Below are positions 16,366 to 24,674 of a stretch of DNA of 34,739 bases, piece by piece. Below the pieces are notes generated by a model. The model was not told where the DNA came from. It made no database searches and worked only from the letters and a program-made list of their open reading frames with translations. The DNA comes from Bacilli bacterium (GTDB taxonomy: Bacteria > Bacillota_I > Bacilli_A > RFN20 > CAG-288). A program made the translations under genes and the position numbers. The DNA is taken from contig CAAFJQ010000049.1 in the NCBI GenBank assembly GCA_900763245.1, forward strand, positions 1-34,739, read 5' to 3'. Positions within the stretch are counted from its first letter, which is position 1, and every line of letters begins with the position of its first letter.

Positions 16366-17097
16366 ATGAACATCAACGGAAAAGATTATCAGGACATCTT
16401 CCATCTTGCGTCTGACATGTATTTGTCCAGCGACTATTTTGCCAAGGAATTAAGAAGGGACACTCTTCTTTCCTTCATCAAAAAAGAAGATGAAGAAAAA
16501 TATGAAAAAATCGTCAAACTCTCTCTCCTCTCACTTCCCGATGACGTCTTTGTCTTTAAAGCCAGTTACATACTGAATCCTTTCATGTCGCTGAGAATCA
16601 AAGGATTCTGTTTTAAGGATTTCAAAGAATTAGGAGAGACGATTTTGGCTTTCTCACCAAATCCTAACCCCGTCCTCTCCCAGTTATTAAGATACAGTCT
16701 TTTAAGCAAGCACATGGAGAACACTTATTTCCAAGAAACAAACAAAGAAACTTATGAAAAGGTCCTCCAATTGGAAAAGATATCGGAGACTCAGCTTCCC
16801 TATGCCTATTTTTCTCTTGGATATTATCTCAGCAGAAAGACAACAATCATCTATGAAGGAAAAGAATATCAGGACATCTTCGATCTGACCTATTTCTTAT
16901 GCAAACAGGAAAAGGATCTCGATTCAATCGGTGCCTATTTGTCGAAATCCCCGCTTTTGAAAGCATACTCCGAATATGGAAAAAACAGCAAAAAGATGGA
17001 AGAATATCTTCACATCTGCGAAGAAGTCGATAAGAGCGAAAGAAAGCTAGACGAATTCCTCAACAAGAAAAAGAGGCGGAAAATCAGCGAAGAATAA
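16366..17097 (+). CDS. Hypothetical soluble protein with an internal duplication (GK-D/E-YQDIF motif twice)
   Basis: 243-aa ORF starting 3 nt after the previous stop. Two modules begin INGKDYQDIFHLASDMYL and YEGKEYQDIFDLTYFLC, 160 aa apart. The C-terminal tail is basic (NKKKRRKISEE). I recognised no family. Confidence 0.6.
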   Translation: MNINGKDYQDIFHLASDMYLSSDYFAKELRRDTLLSFIKKEDEEKYEKIVKLSLLSLPDDVFVFKASYILNPFMSLRIKGFCFKDFKELGETILAFSPNPNPVLSQLLRYSLLSKHMENTYFQETNKETYEKVLQLEKISETQLPYAYFSLGYYLSRKTTIIYEGKEYQDIFDLTYFLCKQEKDLDSIGAYLSKSPLLKAYSEYGKNSKKMEEYLHICEEVDKSERKLDEFLNKKKRRKISEE

Positions 17098-17198
17098 GCC
17101 ATTCTTTTGTTCATTCGTTGTTTGTTAGTGCTTGCCTGTGTTAGCATACATCTGTCTCTTTTTAGAAAAAAACAGAGATTGCATTTATAATAGCGTTC

Positions 17199-18095
17199 AT
17201 GTCAATTACGACAAAAGGTGAAAACAAGCCAACCGATTCGCCTTCCTCAGAAGAGATCAAAGCGACTGTAACAGACAAAATCTTAGACATGATGATTGTC
17301 TCTCACCCGCATGGCGACCATACAGGTGGATTGAGCGACAGAAACACTTTCAGAGAAATCGATTCGGTTGGTACATTCATCGATTAAGGGTATCAATATG
17401 CTACGCCAACGAATTAAGGTTACAAGTCAAATAGAGAAAAATATATCACCAAAGGCACCACCTACTATCCTGTCTATGACATGTTCAACAAAAATGTCCG
17501 CTCTCCTATCTTTGATTTAGGAGATAGAGTCACACTTGAGGTGTTGGACACTGGTCTTTATCTTCCCACAGATACCATTATGAATTCAGGCTACAATCAC
17601 AATGACTCTTCTGTCGCCCGCGTTCTGACTTACGGAGAGAACAAATTCTTCTTTGCCGGAGATCTGGAGGCAAAAAGAGAAAGAAATCCGATTGGCAAAT
17701 ATCCGAATTATTTCACCGATTATCATGTCTCCATGAAGGCTTCCAATCACGGAAGCGAAACTTCAAGCAACAAAGAGTTCTTAGAATACATCAAGCCTGA
17801 AAACATCTTCATCTCCGCTGCTGTCATAGAGGAAAACATGACATCATCCGGTGTCAAAGTGCAGCAACACCCTTACGTTTCCACACTGAAAAAGTACAGC
17901 CAATACACTTCTTCCATCTATTGGAATGGAACAATGGGAACGATTAACGCCTTTTTTGATAAAGACAATATCGTTTTTGTCCATGGCGACGGTGCTACAA
18001 GAAACTATTATTACAATGGCATCAAGATGATCTCTGAAGAAGAAAAAGACTTGCCATTTCCTGAAACAAAGTGGTATTCCACCTATATCAAATAA
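17199..18095 (+). pseudogene. Decayed ComEC-type MBL-fold metallo-hydrolase gene (N-terminally truncated, two in-frame TAA stops)
   Basis: ORFs 17199-17387 and 17481-18095 are in the same frame and are separated by TAA at 17385-17387 and TAA at 17415-17417. The motifs MMIVSHPHGDHTGGL (HxHxDH), FFFAGDLE and MKASNHGSETSS parallel the C-terminal domain of ComEC in this window (ITHPDYDHNGAL, LIMGDA, KVGHHGSNTSS). The usual upstream DVGQGD strand and the signal peptide are missing. Confidence 0.75.
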
Positions 18096-18111
18096 TCGCT
18101 TTTGACAATTC

Positions 18112-18156
18112 AGCCAACTATTGTTTGCTCTTATCAAACGATTGTTGGCTTTTTGT
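18112..18156 (+). terminator. Rho-independent terminator downstream of the MBL pseudogene
   Basis: AGCCAACTATTGTTTG, loop CTCTTAT and CAAACGATTGTTGGCT form a stem with 14 of 16 positions paired, followed by TTTTTG. Confidence 0.8.
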
Positions 18157-18268
18157 TTGTGACACTGAAACAAAAGTATGGCAATCCTTCATTTACATTA
18201 TCTTTGATGTTGTCCTATAAAGATGAAATCTTTATAATAATCGTATGTGTTAATCAAGGAGAAAACCT

Positions 18269-20014
18269 ATGGACTACAAAATCAAAATGCAAGAATGGTT
18301 AGACAGCGATTTAGTCTCTGAAGAAGACAAAAAGCAGATTCGTCTTGCCAATGAAGATACACAAAAAGAGATGTTCTCCACTTATATTCATTTCGGAACC
18401 GCAGGCATGAGAGCTCTTCTCGGTCCTGGAACATCCAGACTCAACCTCATCACAGTCAGAAAAGCTGCTATCGGCTTAGCTGATTTCCTTTTGGCCACCT
18501 ATAAAGATGAAGTGAGAGAAAGAGGCATCGCCATCTCTTTTGACAACAGACATTACTCAAGAGAATTCCGTGATCTTTCAGCTAAGATCTTCAATGAGAT
18601 GGGAATCCCGGTCTTCACTTTCCGCGATCCGCATCCAACTCCGGAACTTTCCTACACCGTCCGTAAGCTTCACTGCATCGCCGGTGTCATGATCACAGCC
18701 AGCCACAACAACAGAGAATACAACGGATACAAAATCTATGACCAGAAAGGATGCCAGGCAGTCTATGATTTCATCGATGGCATCATCAAGACCATCTCTG
18801 AACTTCCCGATGAACTCCATGTCGATTATCAGAAAGTCGATGAGAAAGACTTTGCAAAGACAACCTTCCTCGATGATGACGATCAATTTGACATCGACTT
18901 CGTCAACAAAGAACTGACCACTTCTTTATACAAAGACTATTTCAAAGGTGAGAGACTGACAAAAATCGTCTTCACTCCGCAGTGCGGATGCGACTGCAAA
19001 GTCGGTCCGATGGCATTAAGAGGTGCAGGATACACAGTAGAGACCGTTCCTGGACAGGATTATTTCGATCCTGATTTCACCAACACCAAGAATCCGAACC
19101 CTGAAACAGATGATGCCTATGCTTTGGCCTTCGAACACTTGAAGAAGCTCAACAAAGAAGGCAACAAGTTCAATCTTGTCATCTGCACCGATCCTGACGC
19201 TGATCGCTGCGGCATCGCCTTCCTCAATAGCAAAGGCAAAATCCAGCGCTTCACTGGCAATCAGACAGGCGCTCTTCTTATCGACTTTGTTCTTTCCACC
19301 ATGCAGAGAAGAGGAACTCTTCCCAACAACGGTGTCATCTGCAACACCTTTGTCACCGGCGGACAGGGTGCAAAAGTCGCTTCCTTATTCAATGTCAAAG
19401 TCAGAACTACTGCCACTGGTTTCAAATACATCGGCAACATGGCCGATCAGATTGAAGAGAGCGGAGAAAAATATCTCTTCGGCTATGAGGAATCCTACGG
19501 ATATCTCTTTGCCGACTTCATCCGCGACAAAGATTCTCTTCAGAGCATTGTCGGCATTGCCGATATGTGTGAATACTACCTCAGACAAGGCAAGACACTC
19601 GATATGGCACTGAAAGACCTCGACAGAAAGACAGGCCATTATTTCAACACTCAGGTCTGTGTCATGTTCTCCGGAGCTGATTGCTTAGCCAGAATGAACG
19701 CTGAAGTCAACAACCTCAGAAAGAACCCGTTCTCCACTTTAGGCGGAATCAAAGTCAAGACCTTATCCGATTATCAGGAGAGAAAAATCATCCATATGGA
19801 TACCAATACCACAGAAGAGATGAATCTTCCTGATATCGATAAGACAAACTGCCTGCGCTTTGATTTTGAAAACGATGGTTTCTTGGCCATTCGTCCTTCC
19901 GGAACCGAACCGAAAGTCAAATTCTATATTGAGACAGTCGGTATGAATGACGAGGAAGGAAACAAGCTTGCAATGAAGCAGGCTGACGAGCTGAAAAAAA
20001 TCATGGGCTTATAA
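18269..20014 (+). CDS. pgcA: Phosphoglucomutase/phosphomannomutase-family phosphosugar mutase (PgcA-like)
   Basis: 581-aa ORF. The active-site loop is TASHNNREYNGYK, the metal loop is CTDPDADRCG, and there is GYEESYG and a C-terminal RPSGTEPKVKFY. SD AAGGAGA. A possible promoter is TTGTCC-N17-TATAAT (-10 at 18233-18238). Confidence 0.9.
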   Translation: MDYKIKMQEWLDSDLVSEEDKKQIRLANEDTQKEMFSTYIHFGTAGMRALLGPGTSRLNLITVRKAAIGLADFLLATYKDEVRERGIAISFDNRHYSREFRDLSAKIFNEMGIPVFTFRDPHPTPELSYTVRKLHCIAGVMITASHNNREYNGYKIYDQKGCQAVYDFIDGIIKTISELPDELHVDYQKVDEKDFAKTTFLDDDDQFDIDFVNKELTTSLYKDYFKGERLTKIVFTPQCGCDCKVGPMALRGAGYTVETVPGQDYFDPDFTNTKNPNPETDDAYALAFEHLKKLNKEGNKFNLVICTDPDADRCGIAFLNSKGKIQRFTGNQTGALLIDFVLSTMQRRGTLPNNGVICNTFVTGGQGAKVASLFNVKVRTTATGFKYIGNMADQIEESGEKYLFGYEESYGYLFADFIRDKDSLQSIVGIADMCEYYLRQGKTLDMALKDLDRKTGHYFNTQVCVMFSGADCLARMNAEVNNLRKNPFSTLGGIKVKTLSDYQERKIIHMDTNTTEEMNLPDIDKTNCLRFDFENDGFLAIRPSGTEPKVKFYIETVGMNDEEGNKLAMKQADELKKIMGL

Positions 20015-20020
20015 AAAATC

Positions 20021-20047
20021 GGGTTGCAGCCGAATCAGCTGCAACCC
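20021..20047. terminator. Bidirectional terminator shared by convergent pgcA and the HAD hydrolase gene
   Basis: A perfect 10-bp stem, GGGTTGCAGC with GCTGCAACCC, has a 7-nt loop. ATTTATTTT follows on + and GATTTTTTAT on -. Confidence 0.85.
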
Positions 20048-20049
20048 AT

Positions 20050-20865
20050 TTATTTTCCTTCGAAGAACGCCTTCAATGTCAGATAGATTCCCTCATGGTT
20101 GTTATCTTCCAAAGTGACGTTATGAACAATCTGTTTCAAATGCGGACTTGCGTTTTTCATCGCATAAGGAACACCGGCTGTCGAAAGCATCTCGACATCA
20201 TTCTCAGCATCGCCGAATGCAATCGTATGAATCCTATCAATATGATAATAACTCTGAAGCTTTGAGATTCCGCTTGCTTTATTTCTCTTCAAAGAACCGA
20301 ATTCTGCAATCTTGTCGGTCTCATACCAATGTCTAAGGAAGAGAGATGCATCAGAAAGCGGAGTCTGATTGACTTTATCCTCATAGCCTTCCTTGACCTG
20401 AAAGACAAAGGCATAGACATCTTCATCAAGAGTCTTCTCCAACGGTCCATAGACCAATTCCATCCCTTCATGATTGAACATGCGGTTGAATTCTTCGTCA
20501 TGGTCTGTGTAATAGACTTTTGTTTCGCTTTCAGCAAAGCAGCGCACAATCTCTCCATTCTTGAAATTAGAAAGAAAACTGAGGATTTCTTCCTTGCTGT
20601 AATACTCATCATAACGCGCAAACGAACTTTCATTCGGATCATAGACACAGGCTCCGTTATAAGAGACAAAAGGCCCCTTAAGACCTAATTCTTCATAATA
20701 CGGCAATATTGCTCTTGGCGGACGACCGCTAGCAAGGGCGACGACATTTCCGTCTCTCATCAGTTCCTTTAGATAGGAAACTGTCTTCTCCATGATATTT
20801 TTCTTGTCATCAAGGAGGGTACCGTCCAAATCGCAGACGATTAAAAATTTCTGTTTGTTATTCAT
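20050..20865 (-). CDS. Cof-type HAD-IIB family hydrolase (sugar phosphatase-like)
   Basis: 271-aa ORF with motif I LIVCDLDGTLLDD, ASGRPP, the lysine region KASGI, and motif IV AFGDAENDVEML. Confidence 0.9.
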   Translation of the reverse strand: MNNKQKFLIVCDLDGTLLDDKKNIMEKTVSYLKELMRDGNVVALASGRPPRAILPYYEELGLKGPFVSYNGACVYDPNESSFARYDEYYSKEEILSFLSNFKNGEIVRCFAESETKVYYTDHDEEFNRMFNHEGMELVYGPLEKTLDEDVYAFVFQVKEGYEDKVNQTPLSDASLFLRHWYETDKIAEFGSLKRNKASGISKLQSYYHIDRIHTIAFGDAENDVEMLSTAGVPYAMKNASPHLKQIVHNVTLEDNNHEGIYLTLKAFFEGK

Positions 20866-20871
20866 ACTTCA

Positions 20872-20880
20872 ATTGTAACA
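20872..20880 (-). promoter_or_regulatory. Extended -10 promoter (TGTTACAAT) 6 nt upstream of the ATG at 20865, candidate leaderless promoter
   Basis: The - strand reads TTTTTGTTACAATTGAAGTATG, with no SD between the box and the ATG. Confidence 0.5.
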
Positions 20881-20976
20881 AAAAGAAAACAAGTTTTCTT
20901 TATAAAGTGCTTTCGTTTACAATATTAAGGTACAACAATTACAATTACTACAACCAATAATACAAAGGAGAACAAT

Positions 20977-22890
20977 ATGAAATCCTATAAAACATTATCT
21001 CTTCTGTTTCTTCCGCTTCTTTTAGGCTCCTTCAGAAATGAAAAGCCCGTCTTAAACGCAGCAAAGAAAGAATTTGACGGAAGAGCTTATGATAGTTCCT
21101 TAATGATGGACTTCACTGACAACAGTGAAGACGAAATCAAAAAGTACTATGATTATTCCACTATGATCACCAAAAAAGGAGATGATCTGAAGAAGTATCT
21201 CTATGACATCATCAGTCAGGACAACTACTTCATCTCCTATGGCTCCTCCACGACTTCAGGAGTCGGCATGTGGTATGAGATCACCGATAGAAACTGGGAT
21301 ATATCAAATACTATCGATCCATCCACATTCCTCTTCAATCAGGAGAACCCCAAAGACTATTATTTAGTCAACTACTACTTTGAAAACACTGCCAATTACG
21401 ATAAGACAAAAGCGACAAACAATACCGTCAACTCCACTGCTTTGAAGGCAATAGACGGAGCCACAAAGATCGACTATGTCAATAAGACCAAACCGAAAGG
21501 CGTATCGACAGACAAAGAGCATCTTTGGGCCAAGAATCACGGATTCAAAGTCGTAACCAGCGGAAAAGACACCTTTGAAAACGGAGCACCGACTGACTTG
21601 CATCACCTTGTGGCAGCTGATGGAAACACCAATTCCGCCGGTCACAATGACAACTTCTTCGGCGAAGTCGCCGATAAGAGCGCCTCAAAGGCCATCTACT
21701 CCTATTATGCAGATGGAACGACCGGTCTTTCCGGATATAGAGGAAAAGACAAAAACGGAAACACGGTCTTTGAACCGACGGATGAATGGAAAGGAGATAT
21801 CGCAAGATCGCTCCTTTACATGGTCACACGTTACAGCAAAGACAACGGAGACAAACAGACACAGGCAGAGCCCTATCTTGTCTTCGATGACAATGGAAGC
21901 TACAAGGATGAATCAGAGAGCGGAAAATATGACAGAAGCAAATTCCACGGCTACCATCCTAATCTTTCCACCTATCTGAAATGGAACAAAGAAGATCCTG
22001 TCTCCAAATACGAATATCATCGAAACAATATCATCTATAAAAATGTTCAGAAGAACAGAAATCCATTTATCGATTTCCCGTCTTTGGCAGACTGGGTCTT
22101 TGCAACCACGACAGAAAGCGAACCTGCCATTGCTGTTCCTGTTGAAGACAACCCCTTTGCAATCATCGATTTCTCATCCCTGAAAAACAAATACCAGCTT
22201 CATGTCGAAGACAAAGTCACTTTCGATCTTAGTTTCGGAAGCATCTCCGACTTGAAAGTCGATTATGACGATTCCTTCTTGACAATGTCCAATGACAAAA
22301 AGTCATTCACTGCCAAAAAAGCAGGAACAACTTCAATCACTTACTCTTATACGGATAAAGAGGGAAAAGAAGTTTCTCATTCAACCACGCTTGAAATAAA
22401 AGACAAAATCATCCTCTTATCAGTAAAACCGGATACCGGCGTTGTCGATCACATGAATTTAGTCACAGGTCAGGAATACACATTCGAACTCGGTTTCAAA
22501 AGCAAAGACGCCTTCTTTCCGGATGAGAAGATCATCTATTCGACAGATGATCCTACAATCATCTCTGTCAACGATTCAGGCAAAGTGACTGCCTTAAAGA
22601 GTGGTGAATGCACACTCTATATCATCATCAAGAGCGATAAGGGCGAAAAGAATCTTCTGACTGTCAAAGTCAAAGTCACCCTATCTGAAGAAGAACAGAA
22701 AAAGAGAATGATCTATATCATCATCATCGCTGTAGCAGCTCTTCTTCTTGTCATCATCTTCTTGATCTTTGCAGGACTGATCAGGAAAACAAACAAAAAA
22801 GTCTCAGCTAAAGACTATACGAAAGTCTATAATAAAAAGAGCACCAAGAAGAAAACCTCTTCCGGCGCAAAGAAAAAAACGAGGAAATAA
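20977..22890 (+). CDS. Secreted, membrane-tethered Endonuclease I / Bsn-family nuclease with Big_2 domains and a C-terminal TM anchor
   Basis: 637-aa ORF with a signal peptide (LSLLFLPLLLGS). The nuclease motifs are EHLWAKNHGF, DLHHLVAADGNTNSAGHNDNFFGEV, KGDIARSLLYMVTRY and KNRNPFIDFPSLADWVF. Two Big_2-like modules are present (e.g. STDDPTIISVNDSGKVTALKSGECTLYI). The C-terminal TM is IYIIIIAVAALLLVIIFLIFAGL, followed by a lysine-rich tail. SD AAAGGAG. Confidence 0.8.
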   Translation: MKSYKTLSLLFLPLLLGSFRNEKPVLNAAKKEFDGRAYDSSLMMDFTDNSEDEIKKYYDYSTMITKKGDDLKKYLYDIISQDNYFISYGSSTTSGVGMWYEITDRNWDISNTIDPSTFLFNQENPKDYYLVNYYFENTANYDKTKATNNTVNSTALKAIDGATKIDYVNKTKPKGVSTDKEHLWAKNHGFKVVTSGKDTFENGAPTDLHHLVAADGNTNSAGHNDNFFGEVADKSASKAIYSYYADGTTGLSGYRGKDKNGNTVFEPTDEWKGDIARSLLYMVTRYSKDNGDKQTQAEPYLVFDDNGSYKDESESGKYDRSKFHGYHPNLSTYLKWNKEDPVSKYEYHRNNIIYKNVQKNRNPFIDFPSLADWVFATTTESEPAIAVPVEDNPFAIIDFSSLKNKYQLHVEDKVTFDLSFGSISDLKVDYDDSFLTMSNDKKSFTAKKAGTTSITYSYTDKEGKEVSHSTTLEIKDKIILLSVKPDTGVVDHMNLVTGQEYTFELGFKSKDAFFPDEKIIYSTDDPTIISVNDSGKVTALKSGECTLYIIIKSDKGEKNLLTVKVKVTLSEEEQKKRMIYIIIIAVAALLLVIIFLIFAGLIRKTNKKVSAKDYTKVYNKKSTKKKTSSGAKKKTRK

Positions 22891-22892
22891 CA

Positions 22893-23375
22893 ATGGCAGA
22901 TGAAAAGAAAGAAAACGGATTTTCAAAATTCTTCAAGAAGATAGGAAAATCCATCTCCGACAGCACAAGAGAAGATAAGTTATCAAGAGCATTCCGCAAT
23001 AAAGCGCATGTTCAGGATTTCACTATCTATACAGACGATTCCTCTTTCTTGTCTTTGAAAGAATACTTCGGTATCCTTGATGATGGAAAGAAGGAAGTCA
23101 CCTTATACGGCGATATCAATGACAATGATGTTCCCTATTCCAGTATTCTTTCTACTAAGACAGAGAGCAGCAACGAACTTCCAAGACGCTTCTATCTCTT
23201 AGAAAGAAGAGTCGAAAACATCGACATCGAATTGGAAGAGAAAGATGAGAATGACAATGTTGTCAAGAACACCTATTCCCGTCCTGTGACCATCTTCACC
23301 ATCGACGGTGACTTAAAAGAGGTCAAAGTCATCAAGGTAAAGAACACCTACTATCTGAAACAGGAACAGAAGTGA
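22893..23375 (+). CDS. Hypothetical small acidic cytoplasmic protein coupled to the nuclease gene
   Basis: 160-aa ORF starting 2 nt after the nuclease stop, with SD GAGGA. It has no signal peptide or TM and is D/E-rich. I recognised no family. Confidence 0.6.
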   Translation: MADEKKENGFSKFFKKIGKSISDSTREDKLSRAFRNKAHVQDFTIYTDDSSFLSLKEYFGILDDGKKEVTLYGDINDNDVPYSSILSTKTESSNELPRRFYLLERRVENIDIELEEKDENDNVVKNTYSRPVTIFTIDGDLKEVKVIKVKNTYYLKQEQK

Positions 23376-23385
23376 TCTGAAAGCA

Positions 23386-23423
23386 AAGAGACTGCCAAAG
23401 AAAAACAGGCAGTCTCTTTTTTA
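23386..23423 (+). terminator. Rho-independent terminator of the nuclease operon
   Basis: AAGAGACTGCC (23386-23396) pairs with GGCAGTCTCTT (23408-23418) across an 11-nt loop, followed by TTTTTA. Confidence 0.85.
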
Positions 23424-23431
23424 TGACATAC

Positions 23432-23462
23432 AAAAAGGCTACTGACGGATATATCAGCAGCC
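23432..23462 (-). terminator. Rho-independent terminator of the dnaK operon (after dnaJ)
   Basis: The - strand reads GGCTGCTGA-TATATCCG-TCAGTAGCC with one G:U pair, followed by TTTTTG. Confidence 0.75.
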
Positions 23463-23469
23463 AATTCAA

Positions 23470-24612
23470 TTATTTGTTTTTGAATTTTCTCTTTAACCAA
23501 GAGAAGACACCATTGGACTTCTTGCTTTCGATATCATCGAATTTGCTGATGAGCTCTTTCTGCTCGCTGTCCAACGATTTCGGGAACTTCACATTGACGG
23601 TGACGTACTGGTTTCCAGTCTTGCCACTAGGCAGTGTAATACCCTTGTTTGCCATACGAAGAATCGTACCAGGCTCTGTGCAACTAGGAATGACCAAGTC
23701 GCAGTCTCCAGTGACTGTCGGAACAGTGATCGTTGCGCCAAGAAGCGCATCGGAGATGGAAATCGGCACATTGATATAGACATCAGCACCTTTTCTGACA
23801 AAAGTCTGAGAAGGTTTGACATTGAAAGCAACAATCAAATTGCCGTTTTCGCCGCCATTGACACCTGGCTCACCTTTGCCACGGACATTCATTCTGTCGC
23901 CGGTATCGACGCCATGCGGAATGTTGAGTGTGATCGTTTCAGATTTTTTGACGCGGCCGTTACCTTTGCACTGAGTGCATTTATGGGTGACTTTCTTGCC
24001 GCTTCCGTGACAGTCTGGACAGGCATCCTCTGTCTCCATCATACCGAAGATCGTGGTCTTTCTTGTTCTGACACGTCCTGTTCCACGGCAGGTAGGACAG
24101 GTTGTCACATCACTAGGATTTTCTGCTCCTGTGCCATGACAATGCGGACAGGTATCGACATATTCAAGCGGAATATCGACCTTTGTTCCTTTGACTGCAT
24201 CATCGAAAGAAAGATTGACCTGAATGACTCTGTCTTCACCGTTTCTAGGCATATTGCTGCGTCTAGAACTGGTAGAGGCTCCTCCTCCGAAGAAGGACGA
24301 GAAGATATCTCCGATATCTCCGAAGTCACCGAAATCGGCACCTTGGAAGCCGTTGAATCCACCCTGGAAGCCATTCGTTCCGTTATTGTCAAATGCAGCA
24401 TGGCCGAATTGATCGTACTGCTTACGCTTGTCGGCATTGCCGAGAACTTCGTAAGCTTCCTGAACTTCCTTGAATTTCTCAGGAGCATCCGGAGACTTAT
24501 TCAGATCTGGATGGTACTGCTTGGCAAGTTTGCGATAAGCACTTTTGATTTCATCCTGGGTCGCATTCTTATCGACGCCAAGGACTTCATAATAATCTCT
24601 TTTTTCTGCCAT
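23470..24612 (-). CDS. dnaJ: Molecular chaperone DnaJ
   Basis: 380-aa ORF with a J domain (DYYEVLGV...YHPD), a G/F-rich region, and four CxxCxGxG zinc motifs ([32 protein letters not shown]). Confidence 0.97.
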   Translation of the reverse strand: MAEKRDYYEVLGVDKNATQDEIKSAYRKLAKQYHPDLNKSPDAPEKFKEVQEAYEVLGNADKRKQYDQFGHAAFDNNGTNGFQGGFNGFQGADFGDFGDIGDIFSSFFGGGASTSSRRSNMPRNGEDRVIQVNLSFDDAVKGTKVDIPLEYVDTCPHCHGTGAENPSDVTTCPTCRGTGRVRTRKTTIFGMMETEDACPDCHGSGKKVTHKCTQCKGNGRVKKSETITLNIPHGVDTGDRMNVRGKGEPGVNGGENGNLIVAFNVKPSQTFVRKGADVYINVPISISDALLGATITVPTVTGDCDLVIPSCTEPGTILRMANKGITLPSGKTGNQYVTVNVKFPKSLDSEQKELISKFDDIESKKSNGVFSWLKRKFKNK

Positions 24613-24638
24613 CGAGGATGACCTCCTATTCTAAGAAG

Positions 24639-24662
24639 AAGCCCGGAATCTCTTCCGGGCTT
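24639..24662 (-). other. Intercistronic stem-loop between dnaK and dnaJ
   Basis: A perfect 10-bp stem, AAGCCCGGAA with TTCCGGGCTT, has a 4-nt loop. On the - strand it is followed by CTTCTTAG, with no U-run, and then the dnaJ SD AGGAGG. It is likely a processing, stability or partial-termination element. Confidence 0.6.
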
Positions 24663-24674
24663 ATCTTTGCATTT

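Noticed and set aside
17140-17180. A possible hairpin (TCTCTTTTT..AAAAAAACAGAGA) after the 243-aa gene as its terminator
   Set aside because: The pairing is imperfect, with bulges, and no T-run follows. I could not support calling it a terminator.
17385-17417. The idea that the two in-frame TAA codons in the MBL gene are recoded sense codons (alternative genetic code)
   Set aside because: TAA terminates many well-defined genes in this same window, including the surface protein, rlu and Gx transporter genes, at the expected protein ends. Nonsense mutations in a decaying gene are the simpler explanation.
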